A DNA stretch of 64,000 nucleotides from Candidatus Peribacteria bacterium (GTDB taxonomy: Bacteria; Patescibacteriota; Gracilibacteria; Peribacterales; Peribacteraceae). Numbering within the stretch: the stretch's first letter is position 1; each line of letters starts with the position of its first letter. Both the position numbers and the translations under genes were made by a program. Positions 1 through 8,886 of the stretch are shown piece after piece. The stretch spans positions 921 to 64,920 of the forward strand of contig JBEPVF010000008.1 of assembly GCA_041691135.1 (NCBI GenBank). The letters are read 5' to 3'. The notes under the pieces were generated by a model. The model was not told where the DNA came from. It ran no database searches and worked only from the letters and a program-made list of their open reading frames with translations.

Positions 1-178
1 CGCAGCTGTGCTTTCTGGGCATCAGTATGTGACCGGGGGTTGTATGAGGCAGGATGTAGGGAGGTAATGGAGACGGAATCAATCTTCAGGTGATGGCGAT
101 TGGTAGGCATAGACATATGCTTCCAGAGAATTGTTCGTTTGTCATGGTGGACTATTGCGTTACATGTAACGCACGACT

Positions 179-1279
179 ATGATTGCAGGCATGGAATCAA
201 TTGGAGAGCTGCTTGCCGCATACCTCAAACGTCATCAATTGAAAGCCAACCAGCTTGCTCTCTTGTCAGGAGTGAAACGTCAGCGGATCCACAGCTATTT
301 GCGCGAAGGCGAGATCCCAAACGAGAAGAATCTAAAGAAGCTTCTCAAGGTCATGACGGAGCTAACCCCCCGAGACATAGAGCAATTTTGGAGGGTGCAA
401 GCCCAGGGCAAAGCCGAAGCCACAGGAAAGAGGCATGACTTTGGCAAATTTCAAAAGGTGAGCGCCGATAAACGGAAACTCAGGGAGATGTATCAGGTGA
501 AGCTATGGTTTGCGGCAGTCAACGGCACAATCGCCGCCGCCCAACCTCTGCATCAGGTGAGTGATCAAGCATCTCCCGCAGGTAACGAGGTGGAACTGCT
601 TAAGGTGCGGGACAATAGTCGGATCCAGCTTCAGAAGAGGTATAAAAAGGCATCGCGGATGCAGAAGGGGGAAAAGTATCTGGAGGGTGATTGTTTCGTT
701 TCTCTCCGTGCGCGACCTGCGCTGGATCTTCCAACGATACACTGGCATCTTTCGGGTTTCATTGATCCAAAGGAACTAGGACATTCGTTCGCTCGAAAGC
801 AAAAGATTGTGTTTGAAGAAAGCTGGAAATCTCATTGGAAATCGCGCCGAGGCAAGGGAATAAGGGTTTCTCTCTTAAACGAGGAAGGAACTGAAGAAAA
901 ATATAGAGAAGTGCTCAAAAAAATTTGTCAAAACAGTGAGGTATCGATGGGAAGCATTTTTGCTTTCATCGCAACAGAGCTCCAATCAGCGCTTCATATG
1001 AAGGAATGGGGAAGAAGAGAGGAATTCACAGTTTCGCTCAATACAATCGAACTGACTGATCTCACAAACGTGCTCGCACGGACACAATCATTTTTTGCAA
1101 CTTCTTCCAAAGAGAAGTCTGCTCAACATGCCGATGAAGCCTCGTATCTTGCGCTGAAGACAAAAATGATGGCTCAAATGCTTACAACAGCAGTGGTTCG
1201 GCAAGATATAGAGCTGGCAATTTTACGGCTGTCTTTGAGTTATTTCTTACAGGCACAAACGATGATTTTTTCTGCGTAA
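179..1279 (+). CDS. XRE-type helix-turn-helix domain protein, otherwise uncharacterised
   Basis: 366-aa ORF. N-terminus LLAAYLKRHQLKANQLALLSGVKRQRIHSYLREG resembles a Cro/XRE HTH; the rest has no motif I recognise. First gene of the + strand string that ends in the DGR. Confidence 0.55.
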   Translation: MIAGMESIGELLAAYLKRHQLKANQLALLSGVKRQRIHSYLREGEIPNEKNLKKLLKVMTELTPRDIEQFWRVQAQGKAEATGKRHDFGKFQKVSADKRKLREMYQVKLWFAAVNGTIAAAQPLHQVSDQASPAGNEVELLKVRDNSRIQLQKRYKKASRMQKGEKYLEGDCFVSLRARPALDLPTIHWHLSGFIDPKELGHSFARKQKIVFEESWKSHWKSRRGKGIRVSLLNEEGTEEKYREVLKKICQNSEVSMGSIFAFIATELQSALHMKEWGRREEFTVSLNTIELTDLTNVLARTQSFFATSSKEKSAQHADEASYLALKTKMMAQMLTTAVVRQDIELAILRLSLSYFLQAQTMIFSA

Positions 1280-1427
1280 TGGAAAAATTTCTAATATTTC
1301 ATATTTTTCCATCGTGACCAGTGGGGCATGGAATAAAACGGCTCTCTTCGCTGTTTCCGTATTACAGAGCTTATTCTCTTTGAATGGCATTCTCAGGTAG
1401 TTTACGGTTCAATTCTCATAAGTTTTA

Positions 1428-1436
1428 TGGTATAAT
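1428..1436 (+). promoter_or_regulatory. candidate extended -10 element (TGgTATAAT)
   Basis: tggtataat in an AT-rich gap 18 bp upstream of the ATG at 1454. No clear -35 seen. Confidence 0.3.
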
Positions 1437-1453
1437 ATTTAGAGACATTGTAA

Positions 1454-4363
1454 ATGCCTATGCCCACTCCTCGATCCGGTCCCGGCGATGATCTAAGAAA
1501 TCAAGATTCTTTAGAGAATCCACTTTCAGATGCTCCTGAAGAGCAGAATAGAGAAGAAGCGGGCTTCATAGAATCTACTCGCGAGACACTTTCCGCTCGC
1601 GCAAAGGAAGCAATCGAATTGCCATCGAACCGAACCGTCCTCGATGTCCCCATTGAATTTTGTAGTGAGGGCAAGAAAATTGAAACACAGAACAGAAAAG
1701 GTACATATGTTGTTCGTGTAAATGCCAGGCGCTTTCGCAGCCGCGAAGATGCAGAGCGTGCCGGTATTCTTCAAGCCGCGTATCTTCGCTCTCTCCGCGA
1801 CCACTTACAGACCGAAACAGGTAAAGCATTTGAGGCGCTGCAATTATTCGGTACTGCTGCCCACAGCGCTCTACGTTTCAAGGGACTCAAGATGATGTCG
1901 GAGTGGGAGAAGGGAGAGACTTCTCCTTTGACAGCTACTTCTGAGACACCTCTCACACTTGCGCAAATCTTTGATCGCAGTCTTGAGCACTATGTTCTTA
2001 CCGGAATATTACCTGAAGCGATTCCGAACGAAGTTCGTCAGGCATTGGAAAAGATTCCAGGTCGCCAAGGGAAGAGCGCCCTCGATTTTATCGCAGAGAA
2101 TAGCCGATCTCTTAGGAGCAGCGCGAAACTGTACGAAGAACACATTGCCCCTCTGCGAGAACATTTAAAGGAAGAAGATGGGGAGAAGCGCATGACTGAG
2201 CGCGATGACTATGTCCCGCCTGACGGGAAAGGAGAGCAGGCACCTCTTGATCCGGAAAGCGTACGATGGAGAGTAGAGCCATTCGTGGGCGGTTACTACC
2301 GTCAGCAACTATTCCGATACGATCCAGCTGCACAAAAAATCGTTGCAGAACCGACAGATAAAACAGAGTTTCGCCTTACGGATGTTCCGGAGAATATAGA
2401 TGAATTGAAGCGTTACACGTTCCGCGGAGTGTTCGTCCCCGGCGAAGAAAACCGTATTCCATTTCCCGAAAAGGGACTGCCGCTTCCTGACACTCTCGAT
2501 CCAAAAGGAACATTTCGGCTCTATAGAAGTTCGGCAGGTATTTTTTCTCTCGAGGAAAAGCAAGAAGGCACTGTCACCGAACCCATGCAGTATTCTTTTG
2601 AGTTCGTTCTTGCCAGAAACAGCGATAACCGAATTGATGATGATCCAACCGAAGCCGATCTCATAACGATTGAGGGTCCACTGGATGCTACTGCGGAAGA
2701 ATTGCTTTCAGGTTTAAAACAAAACACTTTCCTTGGAAAAGCAGATCGCGGACGCACAGTCGTTTTTGCCACTCGCAAGCAGTTTACGTATCCGAAAGAG
2801 GAAGAAATGCCAGCAATGAATGAGCGATACGGGGTAGCTGGATCAAATCTTCACCCCGAAATGGCTGATCTTAAGCTCGCAGACTGCCATTGGAGCAACA
2901 TCCGGGCGTCCGATCTCGGACGGAGGTTGGATGTCCCCATGCGTACTCCAAGTGGCTTTTTCGTTACCCGTCACCCTGATGTAGATTTCGCCCCTGTTGG
3001 CGGTATCGGCCATGCATGGAGTGAGCGATGGGACGAGACATCAGAGCAGTGGATTCGCACAGATGCGACACCACCGAAGCAGAATGAAGACGAAGATGAA
3101 GAAGAGAACGAGGAAGATCAGCCTGCCTCAGCTCCTGCCGCTGCGGGTGAAAGAGAGACGAAGGTGGGTGAAAATGATGCAGAGAATGAAGTGGAGGAAA
3201 GCGGTGTCCTTGAGATGAATGAAGACGAGATTTCAAAACTTTTGGAACTCGTAACGCAGTCCACTCCTTCGGCGCAGGAAGTCGCAGAAGAATTATTCAG
3301 ACAGCGCACAAATGTTTCGGCAGCAGATTGGAAAAAGGTTGAGGGATTTGTGGAGACCGTGAATGCAACTCAGGTCGCACCTGAGGCGCAGATTCCTGAA
3401 ACACCGGAACTACTTCGCAACTTCCGTGAACGCATCACAGCTCCGAAAGGAACACTCGAGCGAGAATGGCAAAAACTCTTCTGCCTTATCTGCACCCACC
3501 GCGAGGTACGTCGTCGCAAATTCCCCGGCAATGTCCGTCAGAGTGAGAGCACAACGGGACTAGATAACCCGGTTGATGCGTACATTGATATTATGGCTGA
3601 CGAAAGCGATCCGATGGGATTTGGAATCGATACGCGGAGACCAGAAACTATTCTTGATGTGAAAGCCTTCGAGGAAGATGCGCTCGTCGACCTTACGTCT
3701 TCTATGGACGATACAGACAGCAAAGGAAACGTGATGCGCATTGAGCAGAAGAAAATGATTCTGTCGCTTTTGTCTCACCTCATGGAATTGAACGAAGAAC
3801 TGAATGATTCCCGCGTTCGTTCCACACTCCGTACACCACTCAAAATCCGCTCGGAGATTTATTCCATTCATGGACAAGGAAAGAAAAACCAAGGGCAGTT
3901 CGCTCGCCTCAAGGCCGCAGATGAAGACATTACGGAAGCCGCTCTCGTTCATCTTGCGCGAGAACTTGATCAGACCACACCCGGCGCGGGAGACTTCTTG
4001 AGCGCACTTCAGGCTTACAGAAACGGCATCTCCCCTGAGACTCTGCAAAAAATTCGCTCGGGGGATATTGTGAAACTGCTTACAATCTATTCCGATGGCA
4101 ATCACTGGTGCAGTAACTGCGGCTCCGAATCGTGCAACGTCCAGATCCATGCGGATCGCGTTCGCGCGGCGCAGGAGGAAATCGCTAAAATTCGAGAGCT
4201 TGGGATCATTGTGCAGGGCATCGGATTCACGAAAAAAGCTGAAGCGATCAAGATCATGTGCCATGATCCTAATGAGCCGGGCGGAGCCATTGTGGTTAAT
4301 GATGTCTCCCGAGCCGTATCAGCCAGGCATGCGATGCTAACGAAGCATTTACGAAACCTATAA
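1454..4363 (+). CDS. transglutaminase-like Cys-protease domain / poly-acidic linker / C-terminal vWA domain protein
   Basis: 969 aa. Cys-His-Asp core pattern ADCHWSN ... GHAWSERW ... IRTDATP, then an acidic run NEDEDEEENEED. C-terminal MIDAS-like DLTSSMD plus LLTIYSDGN is typical of vWA. No signal peptide seen. Confidence 0.7.
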   Translation: MPMPTPRSGPGDDLRNQDSLENPLSDAPEEQNREEAGFIESTRETLSARAKEAIELPSNRTVLDVPIEFCSEGKKIETQNRKGTYVVRVNARRFRSREDAERAGILQAAYLRSLRDHLQTETGKAFEALQLFGTAAHSALRFKGLKMMSEWEKGETSPLTATSETPLTLAQIFDRSLEHYVLTGILPEAIPNEVRQALEKIPGRQGKSALDFIAENSRSLRSSAKLYEEHIAPLREHLKEEDGEKRMTERDDYVPPDGKGEQAPLDPESVRWRVEPFVGGYYRQQLFRYDPAAQKIVAEPTDKTEFRLTDVPENIDELKRYTFRGVFVPGEENRIPFPEKGLPLPDTLDPKGTFRLYRSSAGIFSLEEKQEGTVTEPMQYSFEFVLARNSDNRIDDDPTEADLITIEGPLDATAEELLSGLKQNTFLGKADRGRTVVFATRKQFTYPKEEEMPAMNERYGVAGSNLHPEMADLKLADCHWSNIRASDLGRRLDVPMRTPSGFFVTRHPDVDFAPVGGIGHAWSERWDETSEQWIRTDATPPKQNEDEDEEENEEDQPASAPAAAGERETKVGENDAENEVEESGVLEMNEDEISKLLELVTQSTPSAQEVAEELFRQRTNVSAADWKKVEGFVETVNATQVAPEAQIPETPELLRNFRERITAPKGTLEREWQKLFCLICTHREVRRRKFPGNVRQSESTTGLDNPVDAYIDIMADESDPMGFGIDTRRPETILDVKAFEEDALVDLTSSMDDTDSKGNVMRIEQKKMILSLLSHLMELNEELNDSRVRSTLRTPLKIRSEIYSIHGQGKKNQGQFARLKAADEDITEAALVHLARELDQTTPGAGDFLSALQAYRNGISPETLQKIRSGDIVKLLTIYSDGNHWCSNCGSESCNVQIHADRVRAAQEEIAKIRELGIIVQGIGFTKKAEAIKIMCHDPNEPGGAIVVNDVSRAVSARHAMLTKHLRNL

Positions 4364-4368
4364 AATAA

Positions 4369-4376
4369 TGTATAAT
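4369..4376 (+). promoter_or_regulatory. candidate -10 element (TGTATAAT)
   Basis: tgtataat in the 29-bp AT-rich gap before the ATG at 4393. Confidence 0.3.
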
Positions 4377-4392
4377 ATTAAGAAATCCCTCT

Positions 4393-7206
4393 ATGCCTAC
4401 CAAGAAGCTCACAGGCGCACCCCTCGATCCTCCTGAAAGAGAGGATTCTCCTCCAGAAGGTGGAGAAAAGGCCACATCCCGCAAGATCAATGTTGTTCGA
4501 GAAGCAATGCGTCTTGGACTAGATCTGTCTGCTTTGCGTTTGGATCAGTTCGCTCCGCAAGATGGCGGGCATGTTGGCACGAATGGAGTACCGCTAGGTA
4601 CCGAAGACGTGAGACGCAAGGCGTTAGAAACACTCCATCTGCTCGATGAATACAACCGCGTGAAACTCGCACCGAGCAAGGCTTCTCTGGGGAAGCAGGA
4701 TGATTTATTTGAGGGAATTGAAAGTCTTGATGATTTCATTTCAGCTCTCGATACCAGCAAAGATAAAGGTGGTGAAAAGAAAACAGAGCCGACGCAAAAA
4801 TTCAGACGGGAGGAATTAGCGGATCGCATCAGCGAACTTCTTTCAGAGCCACAAGTGTATCAACTCCTGCGTCAGTCATTAACAAAGGAAACCGAGCGCT
4901 TTGTCGCCGTCCAACCGCTCTTGTCGCGGTTGCACAAGCTGCGCCAAGTGCAGGACATTGCTTTCGAGCGCATTCACACGCTCTCACTCGAGAGTAAACG
5001 TACTCACGGCAAGATCGTGGGATCAGTACAGACGGCCATTGAAAAGCTTTCGCGTCTTAGTAAGGAAGCAGATGAAGAGGAGAACCGCTTGGAAGAGGAG
5101 GCAAGTCCCTTGGAAAAGGGATGGATCGCCTCGCAGCGACTTCTTGAATATAAGCAGCAGATGAAGAAAGACCGTTTCGTCATGACTCCGAGTCGTCGTG
5201 CAATCCTCGATGAGATGATTGCGAAACTCGGAAGCAAAGGCCGAGTACTTCTGCTTGGTTCCAACGGCACAGGAAAGACGGAGCTAGCGGCAAAAGCCCT
5301 CAAGCTCACATCGAACGGCTATCACCTTGTTCCGTGGCAGGAAGCGACAACCGGACAGGATATTTTCGGACGCCAAGAGATTCGCCGTCAGAATGGTCAT
5401 GTAGAAAGCGGCCTTCGCCCCGGTCCGATGACTCGCGCCATCGAAGCGAAGGGTGACGAGCCAGCGGGTGTCCTGCATGATGAATTGAACCTCGGAAGCC
5501 TTCGCACTATTTATCTCTTGAAGAAGCTCTGGAACAGCCGTCCGGGGCAGGAAGTGGATGTGCCTGTGCTCGATGAGAAGCGAATGCTGCCACTTAACTA
5601 TGCCGAGGTGTATACGGCAAACCCGAAGGATGAGCGTACGAGCAATCGCGAGGAATTCGATGCGGGTATCACTCGTGTCCTCGGTGGTATGAATGTTCCG
5701 TTCCTTGCTCAAAACGAGCAGGAGCAGATTATTCTTGCAAAGCTCATTGATGAGAATGGCGTATTACATCTCTCGAAGAGCGAAGCACAAACTATCCGCG
5801 AACTTGTTGCTGCAGCAGTCATGACACAACAGTGCTTTGATCGTGCGTTTGCAGATCTAGGTGATGAGGCACTTGGTGAGATCAAAAAAATGACGGGTAT
5901 TTCTGATCTGAGACTGACGAAGAAATTCCTCGATCCAGGTCGTCTGATGGAAATGTTTGATACCTATGAGCAGAAGCGGGCAGAAGGAATGAGTGTGGCG
6001 GATTATCTTTCTGGAGAATTGAAGAAATTCCTTGCTGAATTTGAAGTGGAGGAAGAGCGAAATATCGCAATTGCCATTCTTAAATTGAAAGGTGTTATTG
6101 CTGCCGATAGCACAGCTACAGAACCGCATGTTCAGGTTCTAAAGAAGCCGGGTGAGAAGCCGTATCTACTTCCTTCCGAGCTTGCATTCGTTGTCTCTTG
6201 TGATGATGAATTGGATGATTCGGATATTGAATTCGATCAACCAGAGATCAGTATAGAAGATGTCCTTGCGACCGATGGTGCCGAACTTTTGGAATTTCTC
6301 AATAAAGGATCACCTGATGGGATTCGAGCGAAGACCCGTAGAGGTGTTGCCGAAGCACTCGGTACGTCACAGAAAACAATTGATCGTGCTCGCCAGATCA
6401 TGCTTGAAAAATGCGGAGAGGGTCACTTCTATGGCCCAAGTGAACTGGAGAAGACCTTCCCCGGAATGAAAATTGATCTGAAGGACGTTCCTACGCTGCC
6501 TTCCGAGAGCGAGATTCAGCGTCATGCTGCTCTTGGTCAAGCATTGCGCCTTCGCATCAGCAAAGCTCCGGATGGATCGAAATTAACGATGCAGAAAATG
6601 CATCAACTTCTTCAGGATGAGTTCACCAAGAGCAAAGATGGCAAAGTGCTCTATAGCGCCGAAGATGAATGGAAGTTGAAATCGACATTCTTTACGGAAG
6701 AAGTGCCGGAGCTTGCTTGGGGATTCACTTCTGATGAAGTGCTGCCGAATTCTACGGGCAAAAACCACCTGCAGCAGACACAATTGATCGCCGAATACGC
6801 TAAAAGCACACTCTTTAAGAGTGAGCAAATGCCGCAGGAATACCGCGAAGCAATGGCGGAATTAACCGCTCAGCAGAATGAAATTCAGCAGCTCATGAGC
6901 AGCGATTGGAAAGCTGCCGCAGACAGATTGGCGAATCTGAAAATCAATAAGCTCATGCGCGCCACTCCCGTCGAAACTCTCTGTGATCTTCTCGTCACGT
7001 TCCGCAACAGTGATCCGAAGAAGCGCAAACGCTTACTTGAGAAGAAACTGACATGGACAGCTACTCAAAGCTCGGACGGTTTCCTCGTCTTCGTCGGCCG
7101 CTTCGCTCCGGACGGCGTGTACGTCAACGACTGGTCTCCGGACTACTCGCATGACGATCTCGGGGTTGTCCTCGCTCGGAAGTTCCCTAGAGCCTTGCGC
7201 ACTTGA
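4393..7206 (+). CDS. AAA+ ATPase (MoxR/AAA_5-like) fused to a C-terminal DGR-diversified domain (DGR target 1)
   Basis: 937 aa. Walker A LLGSNGTGKT, Walker B GVLHDELN. The last ~260 aa are paralogous to ORF 7288-8310 and end in VR-1, which matches TR except at TR adenines. Confidence 0.85.
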   Translation: MPTKKLTGAPLDPPEREDSPPEGGEKATSRKINVVREAMRLGLDLSALRLDQFAPQDGGHVGTNGVPLGTEDVRRKALETLHLLDEYNRVKLAPSKASLGKQDDLFEGIESLDDFISALDTSKDKGGEKKTEPTQKFRREELADRISELLSEPQVYQLLRQSLTKETERFVAVQPLLSRLHKLRQVQDIAFERIHTLSLESKRTHGKIVGSVQTAIEKLSRLSKEADEEENRLEEEASPLEKGWIASQRLLEYKQQMKKDRFVMTPSRRAILDEMIAKLGSKGRVLLLGSNGTGKTELAAKALKLTSNGYHLVPWQEATTGQDIFGRQEIRRQNGHVESGLRPGPMTRAIEAKGDEPAGVLHDELNLGSLRTIYLLKKLWNSRPGQEVDVPVLDEKRMLPLNYAEVYTANPKDERTSNREEFDAGITRVLGGMNVPFLAQNEQEQIILAKLIDENGVLHLSKSEAQTIRELVAAAVMTQQCFDRAFADLGDEALGEIKKMTGISDLRLTKKFLDPGRLMEMFDTYEQKRAEGMSVADYLSGELKKFLAEFEVEEERNIAIAILKLKGVIAADSTATEPHVQVLKKPGEKPYLLPSELAFVVSCDDELDDSDIEFDQPEISIEDVLATDGAELLEFLNKGSPDGIRAKTRRGVAEALGTSQKTIDRARQIMLEKCGEGHFYGPSELEKTFPGMKIDLKDVPTLPSESEIQRHAALGQALRLRISKAPDGSKLTMQKMHQLLQDEFTKSKDGKVLYSAEDEWKLKSTFFTEEVPELAWGFTSDEVLPNSTGKNHLQQTQLIAEYAKSTLFKSEQMPQEYREAMAELTAQQNEIQQLMSSDWKAAADRLANLKINKLMRATPVETLCDLLVTFRNSDPKKRKRLLEKKLTWTATQSSDGFLVFVGRFAPDGVYVNDWSPDYSHDDLGVVLARKFPRALRT
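7069..7186 (+). repeat. DGR variable repeat VR-1
   Basis: 118-nt gap-free match to TR 8726-8843. By hand alignment, 14 mismatches, all at TR adenines, plus one non-A difference near the 3' edge (TR aaC vs VR aaG). Confidence 0.9.
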
Positions 7207-7262
7207 ATGCTTGAACTTCCTCGATTCCTTTTTCCTTGAAGCATCCGCTACTGACGAATTTT
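7187..7262 (+). repeat. conserved post-VR element, copy 1
   Basis: ~75 bp directly after VR-1. About three-quarters identical by eye to the stretch after VR-2. Contains cttga(a) repeats and the shared block ccttgaagcatccgctac (7234-7251). Confidence 0.5.
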
Positions 7263-7287
7263 CACCTCCTGTTGTCTCTCACTCTCA

Positions 7288-8310
7288 ATGCCACGCGAAG
7301 TACTCCATACGTTCATCCGGCAACTCAAAGAAAGTACTGCCTACAAAGATCATGTGGGCGTTCGCACTGTTGTCGATGAGACAGTTCAAAGAATTGCCGC
7401 TCTGTCGGAAGAAGACGGCGGTCCACAGCTCCGAGAGGAAATACAGAGCTTACATGAACGTATTGTCCCTCTCCTGCATGGAACAAATGCGCCGAAGGGA
7501 AAGGAGAGAAAGGGAAATTCGATCAATCCCAAGGAGGCAGAAACCATCATGGGCAGAGACCATTTCTTCGGCGCAGAGGCCGTTGCCAAGGCTTTCCCGG
7601 GCATCCCACTCAAACCGGAGCAGATTCCAGCTATACCGTTCTCCAAAGAAGACCTACAACGAGCCAAGGAACTTGGAGACAGTCTCCGTCTGCGGGTGAG
7701 TAAAGCGCCGGGTAACGGCAACTTGAGCATGGAGAAGATGCAGGAACTGTTGCAGCCAACCTTCGACCAAAAGAACGAAGGAAAGGTTTTGTATGATACC
7801 GACTGGTACGAGGGTGAGGACTTCTTCAAGGAAGCCCCTGAACTCTGCTGGGTGCTTACATCGGATGGAATCATTCCGGATTCCGAAGACAAAGATTATC
7901 TCCAGCAGACGGAACATATTGCCGAGTACCTTCGTGAGACGGTTTATAAGGGCAAAAAACTTCCGCAGCAATACAGCGATGCAATCAAGGAAATGGAAAC
8001 TCAGAAAGATGAGATCCGTCGCCTTATCGATGCTAATGACTGGCAGAAAGCAGCTGAAAAACTTGCGAATCTTACACTCAACAAACTCACGCGCCGCGTC
8101 CCTGTTGAAGTGCTCTATGACATGCTTGTGACATTCCAGAATGGTGATAAGCGCCATCTGGAAGATTTCTATGATTGGACAGGTGTCCGCAGCTCGGTCG
8201 GTCGCCTCGTCCACGTCGGCCCCTTCGATCCGGACGGCGTGGGCGTCGACGACTGGTCTCCGAGCGGCTCGGATGACGCTCTCGGGGTTGTCCTCGCTCG
8301 GAAGTTCTGA
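7288..8310 (+). CDS. DGR target protein 2 (stand-alone paralog of the C-terminal module of the AAA+ protein)
   Basis: 340 aa. Residues from DHFFGAEAV onward align with GHFYGPSEL... of ORF 4393-7206. Ends ...DWSPSGSDDALGVVLARKF, encoded by VR-2. Confidence 0.85.
   Translation: MPREVLHTFIRQLKESTAYKDHVGVRTVVDETVQRIAALSEEDGGPQLREEIQSLHERIVPLLHGTNAPKGKERKGNSINPKEAETIMGRDHFFGAEAVAKAFPGIPLKPEQIPAIPFSKEDLQRAKELGDSLRLRVSKAPGNGNLSMEKMQELLQPTFDQKNEGKVLYDTDWYEGEDFFKEAPELCWVLTSDGIIPDSEDKDYLQQTEHIAEYLRETVYKGKKLPQQYSDAIKEMETQKDEIRRLIDANDWQKAAEKLANLTLNKLTRRVPVEVLYDMLVTFQNGDKRHLEDFYDWTGVRSSVGRLVHVGPFDPDGVGVDDWSPSGSDDALGVVLARKF
8191..8307 (+). repeat. DGR variable repeat VR-2
   Basis: Gap-free match to TR. 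By hand alignment, 17 mismatches inside the block, all at TR adenines. Same aaG vs TR aaC boundary difference as VR-1. Confidence 0.9.
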
Positions 8311-8380
8311 GCCTTGAGGTCTTGAAAGCTTGATCCTCCTTGAATCCTTTACTCTTGAAGCATCCGCTACAGGCGATTTT
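8308..8380 (+). repeat. conserved post-VR element, copy 2
   Basis: gccttgaggtcttgaaagcttgatcctccttgaatcctttactcttgaagcatccgctac... is homologous to 7187-7262. Confidence 0.5.
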
Positions 8381-8725
8381 GTCGGATTTTGCACTGGATG
8401 CTGGCTTCATTTGCATCATAGGATGCATTTGCGGCCCGTTCTTGCAGTCAGGGTTACGGCTCTGGCTCACGGTACGCCTCATCTCTGCTACCACTGAAGC
8501 GGTCAGCGTAGGTGGAAACTCACCAGAATACCGTGCCTCTACGGAGCACAGTAGCGAGTGGGCTTAGATGTGAAGGAACTTCTTGCTCATTCTCAGACTC
8601 GGTATCGTTTCCCAAGATGATTGCGGGCGAATCAAATTCAGGGGAAAGAGGATATAGCCCAGTGTTTTTTGTTTGGCTGGGGGTAAACCTCGATCTCCGG
8701 TGTCTCGGACGGGAGTGAGCAACAC

Positions 8726-8843
8726 AGCTCGGACGGTAACCTCGTCAACGTCGGCAACTTCGATCCGGACGGCGTGAACGTCAACAACTGGAATCCGAAC
8801 AACTCGAATGACGATCTCGGGGTTGTCCTCGCTCGGAACTTCC
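8726..8843 (+). repeat. DGR template repeat (TR)
   Basis: Non-coding. In the VR frame it reads SSDGNLVNVGNFDPDGVNVNNWNPNNSNDDLGVVLARNF, with 10 AAY codons. The only differences from both VRs inside the block are at its adenines. It may extend 5' to ~8721. Confidence 0.9.
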
Positions 8844-8858
8844 TTCTCGGTAATCCAG

Positions 8859-8881
8859 GGGACTCTCGCCTTCAGAGTCCC
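8859..8881. other. 8-bp stem-loop just 3' of TR and 3' of avd
   Basis: gggactct-cgccttc-agagtccc lies between the TR end (8843) and the avd stop codon (8887-8889). Confidence 0.35.
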
Positions 8882-8886
8882 TTGGG

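Noticed and set aside
100-438. 112-aa ORF at the window start overlapping the HTH gene.
   Set aside because: TTG start, Arg/Ser-rich, out of frame with the better ORF 179-1279, which has a recognisable HTH.
7151-7699. 182-aa + strand ORF bridging the end of the ATPase gene and the start of target 2.
   Set aside because: It is out of frame with both well-supported genes and runs through the post-VR non-coding element. Its composition is not protein-like.
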